NCBI RefSeq assembly: GCF_001677475.2
Contig: NZ_CP015229.1
Length of the DNA: 64,000 bases
Strand: one strand, 5' to 3'
DNA from: Escherichia coli
GTDB lineage: Bacteria; Pseudomonadota; Gammaproteobacteria; Enterobacterales; Enterobacteriaceae
The notes below the pieces were generated by a model that was not told where the DNA came from, did no database searches, and saw only the letters and a program-made list of their open reading frames with translations. Positions 25,531 to 35,884 of the stretch are shown here, piece by piece; position 1 is the first letter of the stretch, and the number at the start of each line of letters is the position of its first letter. The position numbers were made by a program, and so were the translations under genes.

Positions 25531-27195
25531 ATGAGTGAGGCAGAAGCCCGCCCGACTAACTTTATTCGTCAGATCATCGATGAAGATCTGGCCAGTGGTA
25601 AGCACACCACAGTACACACCCGTTTCCCGCCGGAGCCGAATGGCTATCTGCATATTGGCCATGCGAAATCTATCTGCCTGAACTTCGGGATCGCCCAGGA
25701 CTATAAAGGCCAGTGCAACCTGCGTTTCGACGACACTAACCCGGTAAAAGAAGATATCGAGTATGTTGAGTCGATCAAAAACGACGTTGAGTGGTTAGGT
25801 TTTCACTGGTCTGGTAACGTCCGTTACTCCTCCGATTATTTTGATCAGCTCCACGCCTATGCGATCGAACTGATCAATAAAGGCCTGGCGTACGTTGATG
25901 AACTGACACCGGAACAGATCCGCGAATACCGCGGCACCCTGACGCAGCCGGGTAAAAACAGCCCGTACCGCGACCGCAGCGTTGAAGAGAACCTGGCGCT
26001 GTTCGAAAAAATGCGTACCGGTGGTTTTGAAGAAGGTAAAGCCTGCCTGCGTGCGAAAATCGACATGGCGTCGCCATTTATCGTAATGCGCGATCCGGTG
26101 CTGTACCGCATTAAATTTGCTGAACACCACCAGACTGGCAACAAGTGGTGCATCTACCCGATGTACGACTTCACCCATTGCATCAGCGATGCGCTGGAAG
26201 GTATTACGCACTCTCTGTGTACGCTTGAGTTCCAGGACAACCGTCGCCTGTACGATTGGGTGCTGGACAACATCACCATTCCTGTTCACCCGCGCCAGTA
26301 CGAATTCTCGCGCCTGAATCTGGAATACACTGTGATGTCCAAGCGTAAGCTGAACCTGCTGGTGACCGACAAGCACGTTGAAGGCTGGGATGACCCGCGT
26401 ATGCCGACCATTTCCGGTCTGCGTCGTCGTGGTTACACTGCGGCTTCTATTCGTGAGTTCTGCAAACGCATCGGCGTGACCAAGCAGGACAACACCATTG
26501 AAATGGCGTCGCTGGAATCCTGCATCCGTGAAGATCTCAACGAAAACGCCCCGCGCGCAATGGCGGTTATCGATCCGGTGAAACTGGTTATCGAAAACTA
26601 TCAGGGCGAAGGCGAAATGGTCACCATGCCGAACCATCCGAACAAACCGGAAATGGGGAGCCGTCAGGTGCCGTTTAGCGGTGAGATTTGGATCGATCGC
26701 GCCGATTTCCGCGAAGAAGCTAACAAGCAGTACAAACGTCTGGTGCTGGGTAAAGAAGTGCGTCTGCGTAATGCTTACGTCATTAAGGCTGAACGCGTGG
26801 AGAAAGATGCCGAAGGCAATATCACCACCATCTTCTGTACTTATGACGCCGACACCTTAAGCAAAGATCCGGCAGATGGTCGTAAAGTGAAAGGCGTTAT
26901 TCACTGGGTGAGCGCGGCACATGCGCTGCCGGTTGAAATCCGTTTGTATGATCGTCTGTTCAGCGTGCCTAACCCAGGTGCTGCGGATGATTTCCTGTCG
27001 GTGATTAACCCGGAATCGCTGGTGATCAAACAGGGCTTTGCTGAACCGTCGCTGAAAGATGCGGTTGCGGGTAAAGCATTCCAGTTTGAGCGTGAAGGTT
27101 ACTTCTGCCTCGACAGCCGCCATTCCACTGCCGAAAAACCGGTATTTAACCGCACCGTTGGGCTGCGTGATACCTGGGCGAAAGTAGGCGAGTAA
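25531..27195 (+). CDS. glnS: Glutaminyl-tRNA synthetase
   Basis: 554 aa with the class I motifs HIGH (LHIGHAKS) and VMSKR. Confidence 0.97.
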   Translation: MSEAEARPTNFIRQIIDEDLASGKHTTVHTRFPPEPNGYLHIGHAKSICLNFGIAQDYKGQCNLRFDDTNPVKEDIEYVESIKNDVEWLGFHWSGNVRYSSDYFDQLHAYAIELINKGLAYVDELTPEQIREYRGTLTQPGKNSPYRDRSVEENLALFEKMRTGGFEEGKACLRAKIDMASPFIVMRDPVLYRIKFAEHHQTGNKWCIYPMYDFTHCISDALEGITHSLCTLEFQDNRRLYDWVLDNITIPVHPRQYEFSRLNLEYTVMSKRKLNLLVTDKHVEGWDDPRMPTISGLRRRGYTAASIREFCKRIGVTKQDNTIEMASLESCIREDLNENAPRAMAVIDPVKLVIENYQGEGEMVTMPNHPNKPEMGSRQVPFSGEIWIDRADFREEANKQYKRLVLGKEVRLRNAYVIKAERVEKDAEGNITTIFCTYDADTLSKDPADGRKVKGVIHWVSAAHALPVEIRLYDRLFSVPNPGAADDFLSVINPESLVIKQGFAEPSLKDAVAGKAFQFEREGYFCLDSRHSTAEKPVFNRTVGLRDTWAKVGE

Positions 27196-27261
27196 TTTTA
27201 AGTTCTACCAGGCCGGGTGAGGCGTTTACGCCGCATCCGGCATGAAACATGCAAACAATCC

Positions 27262-27289
27262 AAAACGCCGCGCTCTGCGGCGTTTTTTT
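27262..27289 (+). terminator. glnS intrinsic terminator (REP at 27211-27241 upstream)
   Basis: Stem acgccgc/gcggcgt followed by a T7 run. Confidence 0.7.
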
Positions 27290-27643
27290 CTGCTTTTCTT
27301 CGCGAATTAATTCCGCTTCGCAATTTATCCATAAAACAAATTTAAAATCACAAGCCATAATTAAATAAAATGTAACCGCTTTCATCTTGCTGGAATTTCA
27401 CGCTTTTATTCTTCTGCAAGCCTTTCAACTGCAAACTTAAGCCTTGTAACAAAAATCATCAAAATATGTGCGGTTGCTCATGTTCTTACATTCTGGTTAC
27501 AGAAAGAGATTGATAATTCGCGTCGCGAAAAATAGTCTGTTCCTGTAGTCAGCGAGACTTTTCTCAACGCTACTTTTTTAATTTTTATTTTTTTCGCTGT
27601 TCACCTTTGGTGCAGCAATTTATACGTCAAAGAGGATTAACCC

Positions 27644-29050
27644 ATGCGTACGTTTAGTGGCAAACGTAGTACGCTGGCGCTGGCTATCGCCGGTGTTACA
27701 GCAATGTCGGGCTTTATGGCAATGCCGGAGGCTCGCGCCGAAGGATTCATCGACGATTCAACCTTAACCGGCGGTATCTATTACTGGCAGCGTGAACGCG
27801 ACCGTAAAGATGTTACCGACGGCGACAAATACAAAACCAACCTTTCTCACTCCACCTGGAACGCCAACCTCGATTTTCAGTCTGGTTATGCTGCTGATAT
27901 GTTCGGCCTTGATATTGCTGCGTTTACGGCGATTGAAATGGCGGAAAACGGTGACAGCTCTCACCCGAACGAAATCGCGTTTTCAAAAAGCAATAAAGCC
28001 TATGACGAAGACTGGTCCGGCGACAAAAGCGGTATAAGCCTGTATAAAGCAGCGGCCAAATTTAAATACGGTCCGGTGTGGGCGAGGGCAGGTTACATTC
28101 AGCCAACTGGTCAGACGCTGTTAGCGCCGCACTGGAGCTTCATGCCGGGTACTTATCAGGGGGCGGAAGCCGGGGCGAATTTTGATTACGGCGATGCTGG
28201 TGCGTTGAGTTTCTCCTACATGTGGACCAACGAATACAAAGCACCGTGGCATCTGGAAATGGATGAGTTTTATCAGAACGATAAAACCACCAAAGTTGAT
28301 TATCTGCACTCCCTTGGGGCGAAATACGACTTCAAAAATAACTTCGTACTGGAAGCGGCATTTGGTCAGGCGGAAGGGTATATCGATCAATATTTTGCCA
28401 AAGCCAGCTACAAATTTGATATCGCCGGTAGCCCGTTAACCACCAGCTACCAGTTCTATGGTACGCGCGATAAAGTTGACGATCGCAGCGTCAACGATCT
28501 TTATGACGGCACCGCCTGGCTGCAAGCGTTGACCTTTGGTTACCGGGCGGCTGACGTAGTGGATTTGCGCCTCGAAGGCACCTGGGTTAAGGCTGACGGT
28601 CAGCAGGGATACTTCCTGCAACGTATGACTCCAACCTACGCTTCCTCGAACGGTCGCCTGGATATCTGGTGGGATAACCGTTCCGACTTCAACGCTAACG
28701 GCGAAAAAGCGGTCTTCTTCGGTGCGATGTATGACCTGAAAAACTGGAATCTTCCAGGCTTCGCCATCGGCGCTTCCTACGTTTACGCATGGGATGCTAA
28801 ACCTGCGACCTGGCAGAGCAATCCGGATGCGTACTACGACAAAAACCGGACTATTGAAGAGTCTGCCTACAGCCTGGATGCGGTGTACACCATTCAGGAC
28901 GGTCGCGCCAAAGGCACGATGTTCAAACTGCACTTCACCGAATACGACAACCACTCCGACATCCCAAGCTGGGGCGGTGGTTACGGCAACATCTTCCAGG
29001 ATGAGCGTGACGTGAAATTTATGGTAATCGCACCATTCACCATCTTCTGA
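27644..29050 (+). CDS. chiP: Chitooligosaccharide porin ChiP (YbfM)
   Basis: 468 aa with a signal peptide and OprD-like beta-barrel ending in F. Followed by chiQ. Confidence 0.93.
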   Translation: MRTFSGKRSTLALAIAGVTAMSGFMAMPEARAEGFIDDSTLTGGIYYWQRERDRKDVTDGDKYKTNLSHSTWNANLDFQSGYAADMFGLDIAAFTAIEMAENGDSSHPNEIAFSKSNKAYDEDWSGDKSGISLYKAAAKFKYGPVWARAGYIQPTGQTLLAPHWSFMPGTYQGAEAGANFDYGDAGALSFSYMWTNEYKAPWHLEMDEFYQNDKTTKVDYLHSLGAKYDFKNNFVLEAAFGQAEGYIDQYFAKASYKFDIAGSPLTTSYQFYGTRDKVDDRSVNDLYDGTAWLQALTFGYRAADVVDLRLEGTWVKADGQQGYFLQRMTPTYASSNGRLDIWWDNRSDFNANGEKAVFFGAMYDLKNWNLPGFAIGASYVYAWDAKPATWQSNPDAYYDKNRTIEESAYSLDAVYTIQDGRAKGTMFKLHFTEYDNHSDIPSWGGGYGNIFQDERDVKFMVIAPFTIF

Positions 29051-29099
29051 TGCCCGACGCGGCAGGTTTTGTGCCTGCCGCACGTTTGAGGAATTTGCT

Positions 29100-29426
29100 A
29101 TGAAAAAACTGATTCTCATCGCCATAATGGCATCGGGGCTGGTAGCTTGTGCGCAATCAACCGCGCCACAGGAAGACAGTCGTCTGAAAGAGGCATACAG
29201 CGCCTGTATCAACACCGCACAAGGTTCGCCAGAAAAAATTGAAGCCTGCCAGAGCGTGTTAAACGTGCTGAAGAAAGAGAAACAACATCAGCAGTTTGCC
29301 GACCAGGAAAGTGTCCGCGTACTGGATTATCAGCAGTGTCTGCGCGCAACGCAAACCGGAAATGATCAGGCGGTGAAAGCCGATTGTGATAAGGTCTGGC
29401 AGGAAATTCGCAGTAATAACAAATAA
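29100..29426 (+). CDS. chiQ: Lipoprotein ChiQ (YbfN)
   Basis: 108 aa with lipobox LVAC. Confidence 0.9.
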   Translation: MKKLILIAIMASGLVACAQSTAPQEDSRLKEAYSACINTAQGSPEKIEACQSVLNVLKKEKQHQQFADQESVRVLDYQQCLRATQTGNDQAVKADCDKVWQEIRSNNK

Positions 29427-29466
29427 GTGAGAGCTGTAACTCTCGCTTTTCTTATTTCCCTTATAT

Positions 29467-29496
29467 AAAAAAGCCAACCCGCAGGTTGGCTTTTCT
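29467..29496. terminator. Bidirectional terminator between chiQ and fur
   Basis: Stem agccaacc/ggttggct. It is flanked by an A-run and a T-run. Confidence 0.7.
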
Positions 29497-29509
29497 CGTT
29501 CAGGCTGGC

Positions 29510-29956
29510 TTATTTGCCTTCGTGCGCGTGCTCATCTTCGCGGCAATCGCCTTCGGCACAGTGACCGTAAAGATAGAGACTGTGGTTAGTCAGGCGAATG
29601 CCATGTTTTGCGGCAATTTCACGCTGACGCGCTTCGATGGAATCATCACTAAATTCGATTACCTTGCCGCAGTCGAGGCAGATCAGGTGATCGTGGTGAT
29701 GTTGCTGTGTCAGTTCAAATACGGATTTACCGCCTTCAAAATTGTGGCGGGTGACGATACCAGCGTCGTCAAACTGGTTCAGTACGCGATATACCGTAGC
29801 CAGACCAATTTCTTCACCCATATCGATCAGACGTTTGTATAAATCTTCCGCACTGACGTGATGGTTGTCCGGCTCCTGAAGAACTTCCAGGATTTTCAAG
29901 CGAGGAAGCGTTACTTTCAGGCCAGCTTTCTTTAGGGCGGTATTGTTATCAGTCAT
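29510..29956 (-). CDS. fur: Ferric uptake regulator
   Basis: 148 aa, starting MTDNNTALKKAGLKVTLPRLKILEVL, with HHHDH and CxxC metal sites. Confidence 0.97.
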   Translation of the reverse strand: MTDNNTALKKAGLKVTLPRLKILEVLQEPDNHHVSAEDLYKRLIDMGEEIGLATVYRVLNQFDDAGIVTRHNFEGGKSVFELTQQHHHDHLICLDCGKVIEFSDDSIEARQREIAAKHGIRLTNHSLYLYGHCAEGDCREDEHAHEGK

Positions 29957-30035
29957 GCGGAATCTGTCCTGTTACTAAGCGGTTCACTTCATTAGAAGAA
30001 GTGACAGAATTTGCTCTTGAGATAATGCGTATCAT
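29949..30035 (-). CDS. uof: uof, 28-codon upstream ORF translationally coupled to fur
   Basis: MIRIISRANSVTSSNEVNRLVTGQIPHD. ATG at 30033-30035. The stop overlaps the fur ATG (CATGACTGA). Below the ORF-track size cut-off as a stand-alone ORF. Confidence 0.65.
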   Translation of the reverse strand: MIRIISRANSVTSSNEVNRLVTGQIPHD

Positions 30036-30039
30036 TATA
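30021..30039. promoter_or_regulatory. Fur box (fur autoregulation)
   Basis: GATAATGCGTATCATTATA matches the consensus GATAATGATAATCATTATC at 15/19 positions. Confidence 0.6.
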
Positions 30040-30244
30040 GAATTGCCACGCCTAAATGAAAACCACAAGTCCCTGGCAAATATTGTTAATAAAAACGTGG
30101 CACAGCTTACATTTACAACGGCAAGGCCACTTGAACACCGGGACATTGTACAGGTACAACAGCAAAAGTTACAAATTTGTAGCAATTATTTTGATTGGCA
30201 TTATCTATTAATACGGCGTAGACATGAGTCTACGCCGCATCACA

Positions 30245-30775
30245 TCAGGCATTGAGAATTTCGTCGAGATGCAGCTCTTCAGAAATTTGTTTAACCCATT
30301 TTTCTACACGTTCAGCGGTCAGTTCCGGCTGACGATCTTCGTCGATAGCCAGACCGACAAAGTGGTCATCATCAGCCAGACCTTTTGACGCTTCGAAGTG
30401 GTAGCCCGCGGTTGGCCAGTGACCAACGATGGTTGCACCGCGCGGTTCAATGATGTCGCGGATGGTGCCCAATGCATCGCAGAAGTATTCTGCGTAATCT
30501 TCCTGGTCGCCACAACCAAACAGCGCAACCAGTTTGCCATTGAAATCAATCTCTTCGAGAGTCGGGAAGAAGTCATCCCAGTCACACTGCGCTTCGCCGT
30601 AATACCAGGTTGGGATGCCCAGCAGCAGAATGTCATATGCTTCCAGATCTTCTTTGCTGCTTTTTGCAATGTCATGGACATCGGCAACGTCTTTACCAAG
30701 CTGTTTTTGAATCATTTTTGCGATATTTTCGGTATTACCGGTGTCGCTGCCGAAAAAGATGCCAGTGATAGCCAT
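30245..30775 (-). CDS. fldA: Flavodoxin 1
   Basis: 176 aa from the ATG at 30773-30775 ([16 protein letters not shown]). The track ORF is an upstream extension. Confidence 0.95.
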
Positions 30776-30914
30776 GAGTGAAATAACCTCTTGAAACTTA
30801 TTGAAATGGGGGTGGAAAATTGCCCACGGATAAAGGCAATCATAGCAGAACAGGCAGTCTTGCGGAATCAGCAAACGAGCAGGACTGCACACTGTGCTAC
30901 ATGAAAGTGGAAAT

Positions 30915-31208
30915 TTAAACGATGCCCTGACTACGCAGCGCCGCCAGTTGCTGCATTAACATCTCTTCGATCAGTTCGCTACGGCTCATATTGCGCGATT
31001 CCGCCAGCTCGTTCAGCGCCTCGACAGCTTCCGCGTTCAGCTTCAGTTCGACACGCTTAAGGCCACGTACTTTGTCGCGTTTTAGCTGGTTGCGTTTATT
31101 AATACGCAGCTGTTCATCGCGCGAAAGCGGATTAGTTTTCGGTCGTCCCGGTCGACGCTCGTGCGCGAACAGATCTAATGTCGTACGGTCCGTTTGTTCT
31201 TTGGCCAT
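30915..31208 (-). CDS. ybfE: YbfE, small CopG/RHH-like protein
   Basis: 97 aa from the ATG at 31206-31208 ([14 protein letters not shown]). Matches remembered YbfE. Confidence 0.85.
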   Translation of the reverse strand: MAKEQTDRTTLDLFAHERRPGRPKTNPLSRDEQLRINKRNQLKRDKVRGLKRVELKLNAEAVEALNELAESRNMSRSELIEEMLMQQLAALRSQGIV

Positions 31209-31347
31209 GATCTTGGTGACTTCGGGGGAAACAATCAGCCAGGCCTCTGCCCGGATGGATAGCGCGCCATAATACATCAGCGCGATGAGTCACGCCAACG
31301 CCCACGCGCGGAAAGCGACGCGGACGCTGGGTTTTTAATCAGTTGCG

Positions 31348-32112
31348 TTAATCATTGAGATAGCGACGGATAGCGCGTAATACCGCATCCGGTTTTTCAG
31401 CATGGACCCAGTGACCCGCGCCTGCAATCACATGCGCCCGTGCCTGTGGAAATTGTGCCAGTAAATCATCACGGTACTGCTCGCTAACATACGGAGAATT
31501 GCCGCCAGGGATAAACAGGGCAGGGTGATCCCATGCCGGGATTTTCTCCCAACCCACAATATGCGGATACTGATCCCACAATACCGGCACGTTAAAGCGC
31601 CACTCCCCGTCAACAAAAGATTTCAACAGAAACTGAATCACCCCTTCTTCATTAAGATGCTGGCGCATTATTGCTGCTGCTTGCTGGCGAGTTTGTGCGT
31701 CCGATTCACTGACCGCGTTGATGGCCGCAAAAATCTCATCATGACGGCGTACGTGATAGTCGACCGGTGCGATATCGATCGCTACCAGCTTATCGATGCG
31801 ATCGGGGGCCAGTGCAGTAAGAGCCATTACCGCTTTACCGCCCATGGAGTGACCGATAAATGTTGCTTTGTCGATCTGCTGTGCATCCAGGGTATCAACA
31901 AGATCCTGCGCCATCGCCGGGTAATTCATTACCGGATCTCTCGGTGAAAGACCGTGGTTACGCATATCAACCTGGATGATATTGTGATCGTTTACCAAAT
32001 CGCGAGCCAGTACGCCAAGGTTGTCGAGACTGCCAAACAGACCATGGACAAGAACGATGGGAGAATTATTGTGCTGGTTTTGTGCAGTTTGCGCGCGGAT
32101 ATTCAATTTCAT
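31348..32112 (-). CDS. ybfF: Alpha/beta-hydrolase esterase YbfF
   Basis: 254 aa with the nucleophile elbow GHSMGG. Confidence 0.93.
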   Translation of the reverse strand: MKLNIRAQTAQNQHNNSPIVLVHGLFGSLDNLGVLARDLVNDHNIIQVDMRNHGLSPRDPVMNYPAMAQDLVDTLDAQQIDKATFIGHSMGGKAVMALTALAPDRIDKLVAIDIAPVDYHVRRHDEIFAAINAVSESDAQTRQQAAAIMRQHLNEEGVIQFLLKSFVDGEWRFNVPVLWDQYPHIVGWEKIPAWDHPALFIPGGNSPYVSEQYRDDLLAQFPQARAHVIAGAGHWVHAEKPDAVLRAIRRYLND

Positions 32113-32296
32113 GGCAAAGTTCTTTTTTTCGCGTTGTCGGGTTAGGGTATTATGTTGACCATTGTGCCACAGGGCTGCAACAAATAAGGTTTATTCCGAG
32201 TTTTTCTGCAAGCCAGGCTTGACGCTATCCGCTGCCGGGATTTATTCATATACTCCTGGCGACTTGTATTCAGCTAAGACACTGCACTGGATTAAG

Positions 32297-32842
32297 ATGA
32301 AAACGATTGAAGTTGATGATGAACTCTACAGCTATATTGCCAGCCACACTAAGCATATCGGCGAGAGCGCATCCGACATTTTACGGCGTATGTTGAAATT
32401 TTCCGCCGCATCACAGCCTGCTGCTCCGGTGACGAAAGAGGTTCGCGTTGCGTCACCTGCTATCGTCGAAGCGAAGCCGGTCAAAACGATTAAAGACAAG
32501 GTTCGCGCAATGCGTGAACTTCTGCTTTCGGACGAATACGCAGAGCAAAAGCGAGCGGTCAATCGCTTTATGCTGCTGTTGTCTACACTATATTCTCTTG
32601 ACGCTCAGGCGTTTGCTGAGGCAACGGAATCGTTGCATGGCCGCACGCGCGTTTACTTTGCGGCAGATGAACAAACGCTGCTGAAAAATGGTAATCAGAC
32701 CAAGCCGAAACATGTGCCTGGTACGCCGTATTGGGTGATCACCAACACCAACACCGGCCGTAAATGCAGCATGATCGAACACATCATGCAGTCGATGCAA
32801 TTCCCGGCGGAATTGATTGAGAAGGTTTGCGGAACTATCTAA
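32297..32842 (+). CDS. seqA: SeqA, hemimethylated oriC sequestration protein
   Basis: 181 aa from the ATG at 32297 ([17 protein letters not shown]). The track ORF is an upstream extension. Confidence 0.95.
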
Positions 32843-32867
32843 AACGTTGCAGACAAAGGACAAAGCA

Positions 32868-34508
32868 ATGGCAATCCACAATCGTGCAGGCCAACCTGCA
32901 CAACAGAGTGATTTGATTAACGTCGCCCAACTGACGGCGCAATATTATGTACTGAAACCAGAAGCAGGGAATGCGGAGCACGCGGTGAAATTCGGTACTT
33001 CCGGTCACCGTGGCAGTGCAGCGCGCCACAGCTTTAACGAGCCGCACATTCTGGCGATCGCTCAGGCAATTGCTGAAGAACGTGCGAAAAACGGCATCAC
33101 TGGCCCTTGCTATGTGGGTAAAGATACTCACGCCCTGTCCGAGCCTGCGTTCATTTCCGTACTGGAAGTGCTGGCAGCGAACGGTGTTGATGTCATTGTG
33201 CAGGAAAACAATGGCTTCACTCCGACGCCTGCTGTTTCCAATGCCATCCTGGTTCACAATAAAAAAGGTGGCCCGCTGGCAGACGGTATCGTGATTACAC
33301 CGTCCCATAACCCGCCGGAAGATGGTGGTATCAAGTACAATCCGCCAAATGGTGGCCCGGCTGATACCAACGTCACTAAAGTGGTGGAAGATCGTGCCAA
33401 CGCACTGCTGGCCGACGGCCTGAAAGGCGTGAAGCGTATCTCCCTCGACGAAGCGATGGCATCCGGTCATGTGAAAGAGCAGGATCTGGTGCAGCCGTTT
33501 GTGGAAGGTCTGGCCGATATCGTTGATATGGCGGCGATTCAGAAAGCGGGCCTGACGCTGGGCGTTGATCCGCTGGGTGGTTCCGGTATCGAATACTGGA
33601 AGCGCATTGGCGAGTATTACAATCTCAACCTGACCATCGTTAACGATCAGGTCGATCAAACCTTCCGCTTTATGCACCTCGATAAAGACGGCGCGATCCG
33701 TATGGACTGCTCCTCCGAGTGTGCGATGGCGGGCCTGCTGGCACTGCGTGATAAGTTCGATCTGGCGTTTGCTAACGACCCGGATTATGACCGTCACGGT
33801 ATCGTCACTCCGGCAGGTTTGATGAATCCGAACCACTACCTGGCGGTGGCGATCAACTACCTGTTCCAGCATCGTCCGCAGTGGGGCAAAGATGTTGCTG
33901 TCGGTAAAACGCTGGTTTCTTCTGCGATGATCGACCGTGTGGTCAATGACTTGGGCCGTAAGCTGGTAGAAGTCCCGGTAGGTTTCAAATGGTTTGTTGA
34001 TGGTCTGTTCGACGGCAGCTTCGGCTTTGGCGGCGAAGAGAGCGCAGGGGCTTCCTTCCTGCGTTTCGACGGCACGCCGTGGTCCACCGATAAAGACGGC
34101 ATCATTATGTGTCTGCTGGCGGCGGAAATCACTGCCGTTACCGGTAAGAACCCGCAAGAACACTACAACGAACTGGCAAAACGCTTTGGTGCGCCGAGCT
34201 ACAACCGTTTGCAGGCAGCCGCGACTTCCGCACAAAAAGCGGCGCTGTCTAAACTGTCTCCGGAAATGGTGAGCGCCAGCACCCTGGCAGGTGACCCGAT
34301 CACCGCGCGCCTGACCGCTGCGCCTGGCAACGGTGCTTCTATCGGCGGTCTGAAAGTGATGACTGACAACGGCTGGTTCGCCGCGCGTCCGTCAGGCACG
34401 GAAGACGCCTATAAGATCTATTGTGAAAGCTTCCTCGGGGAAGAACATCGCAAGCAGATTGAGAAAGAAGCGGTTGAGATTGTTAGCGAAGTTCTAAAAA
34501 ACGCGTAA
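32868..34508 (+). CDS. pgm: Phosphoglucomutase
   Basis: 546 aa from the ATG at 32868 ([11 protein letters not shown]) with the active-site motif TPSHNP. Confidence 0.96.
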
Positions 34509-34522
34509 ACACATTTAATAAG

Positions 34523-34553
34523 AAAAAGGGCGGTCAGAAGATCGCCCTTTTTT
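34523..34553. terminator. Bidirectional terminator between pgm and potE
   Basis: Stem gggcg/cgccc. It is flanked by A5 and T6 runs. Confidence 0.65.
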
Positions 34554-34564
34554 ACTTTGCTTTA

Positions 34565-35884
34565 TTAACCGTGTTTATTTTTCAGTTCAAAGCGTGGTGA
34601 GACCAGACCATACAGTGTCCAACCGAGGAAGGTCACGATGGAACCGTATAGCATGGCTTCTTCCCCGGATGAGTACAGCGCATAAAAGCTGTACATCGCG
34701 CCAACAAAAGCAACAAAGTTTGCAACTTTCGCTTTTGAGGGGGGCACATTAGCGACCTTCTGAATAATGACTAATGCCGCCATTGACAGAATATACGGAA
34801 TGATATTGGTCACCACGGCCAGGTTAACCAGCACGTTGAACTGACTGTTTAGCGACGGGCTAATCGTCATCAGCGCCAACCCGCTCTGGATAATCACAAT
34901 GGTCAACATTCCCTGCACCGGTGCATCCACTTTGGTTACACGGGAGAAAATTTTAGGGAAGTAGCCTTCATCAGATGAAGATTTAAACACCTGGGCAATG
35001 GTGAACTGCCAGCCAAGCAGCGAACCGCAGCAGGACATCACCATCAGCGCCATAATGACTTTACCCACTTCTGGCGTGAACATCTGTGCGAAGGCCAGGC
35101 CAAATGGTGCCGTTGAATTTGCCAGCTCCATATTAGGCACAATCCCTGCAATCACGTTGGTGGAGACGATATAAATCACCGCCGCACCTAACGTACCGCC
35201 GAGTACCGCGATTGGCACATTACGTTCCGGGTTTTCCACTACATCAGTATTCGCACACGCAGACTCCAGACCAAGAAAAGCCCACAGCGTCATAGCGATG
35301 GAAGAACCTACCGCACTGAAGAACGGTGCATGATGCGGATTCCAGGAATCAACGTAAAGCGTCGGGCTAAACCAGAACCAGCCGATAACGCACAGGCCTA
35401 CCACCGGAATAATGACCCCCCACACGGTAATGCTACTGATTTGCCCGGTAATGCGCGCACCACCAAAGTTAGCCACGGTACAAATCCACAGCACCCCGAT
35501 GGTCGCAAGACCAATCTGCACTGGCGACAAACTCGCGCCGAGCAGTTCGGTGCCGTAACCAACCGCCGAAATAGCAATCGCGACGTTAGCAATCAGCAGT
35601 GAGACGCCGTAGGTATAGTTCGCCATAAAGTTACCGGATTTACCGAAAGCATACTCGGCATAACCGCCCATACCACCTGATTTACGGCTGAACATACCGC
35701 ATTTTGCGAATGCCCATGCCAGTGCCATTGAGCCTACGGCTGTCACCAGCCAGGAAATAATTGAGATTGTCCCGACTTCGGCAAGCTTTGTCGGCAGCAT
35801 GATGATACCGGAGCCCATCATGTTGACCATCGTCAGTATGGTTAACTGAACGACGCCCATCTTATTCGATTTAGCCTGACTCAT
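34565..35884 (-). CDS. potE: Putrescine-ornithine antiporter
   Basis: 439-aa APC-family membrane protein that overlaps the speF stop. Confidence 0.95.
   Translation of the reverse strand: MSQAKSNKMGVVQLTILTMVNMMGSGIIMLPTKLAEVGTISIISWLVTAVGSMALAWAFAKCGMFSRKSGGMGGYAEYAFGKSGNFMANYTYGVSLLIANVAIAISAVGYGTELLGASLSPVQIGLATIGVLWICTVANFGGARITGQISSITVWGVIIPVVGLCVIGWFWFSPTLYVDSWNPHHAPFFSAVGSSIAMTLWAFLGLESACANTDVVENPERNVPIAVLGGTLGAAVIYIVSTNVIAGIVPNMELANSTAPFGLAFAQMFTPEVGKVIMALMVMSCCGSLLGWQFTIAQVFKSSSDEGYFPKIFSRVTKVDAPVQGMLTIVIIQSGLALMTISPSLNSQFNVLVNLAVVTNIIPYILSMAALVIIQKVANVPPSKAKVANFVAFVGAMYSFYALYSSGEEAMLYGSIVTFLGWTLYGLVSPRFELKNKHG

Noticed and set aside
29949-30185. 78-aa minus-strand ORF upstream of fur
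   Set aside because: Only its last 28 codons (uof) fit the known translationally coupled leader. The longer form would start inside the promoter and Fur-box region.
32835-34235. 466-aa minus-strand ORF
   Set aside because: It is entirely antisense to the well-supported pgm gene. The product has no recognisable motifs and an Arg-rich, shadow-ORF composition.
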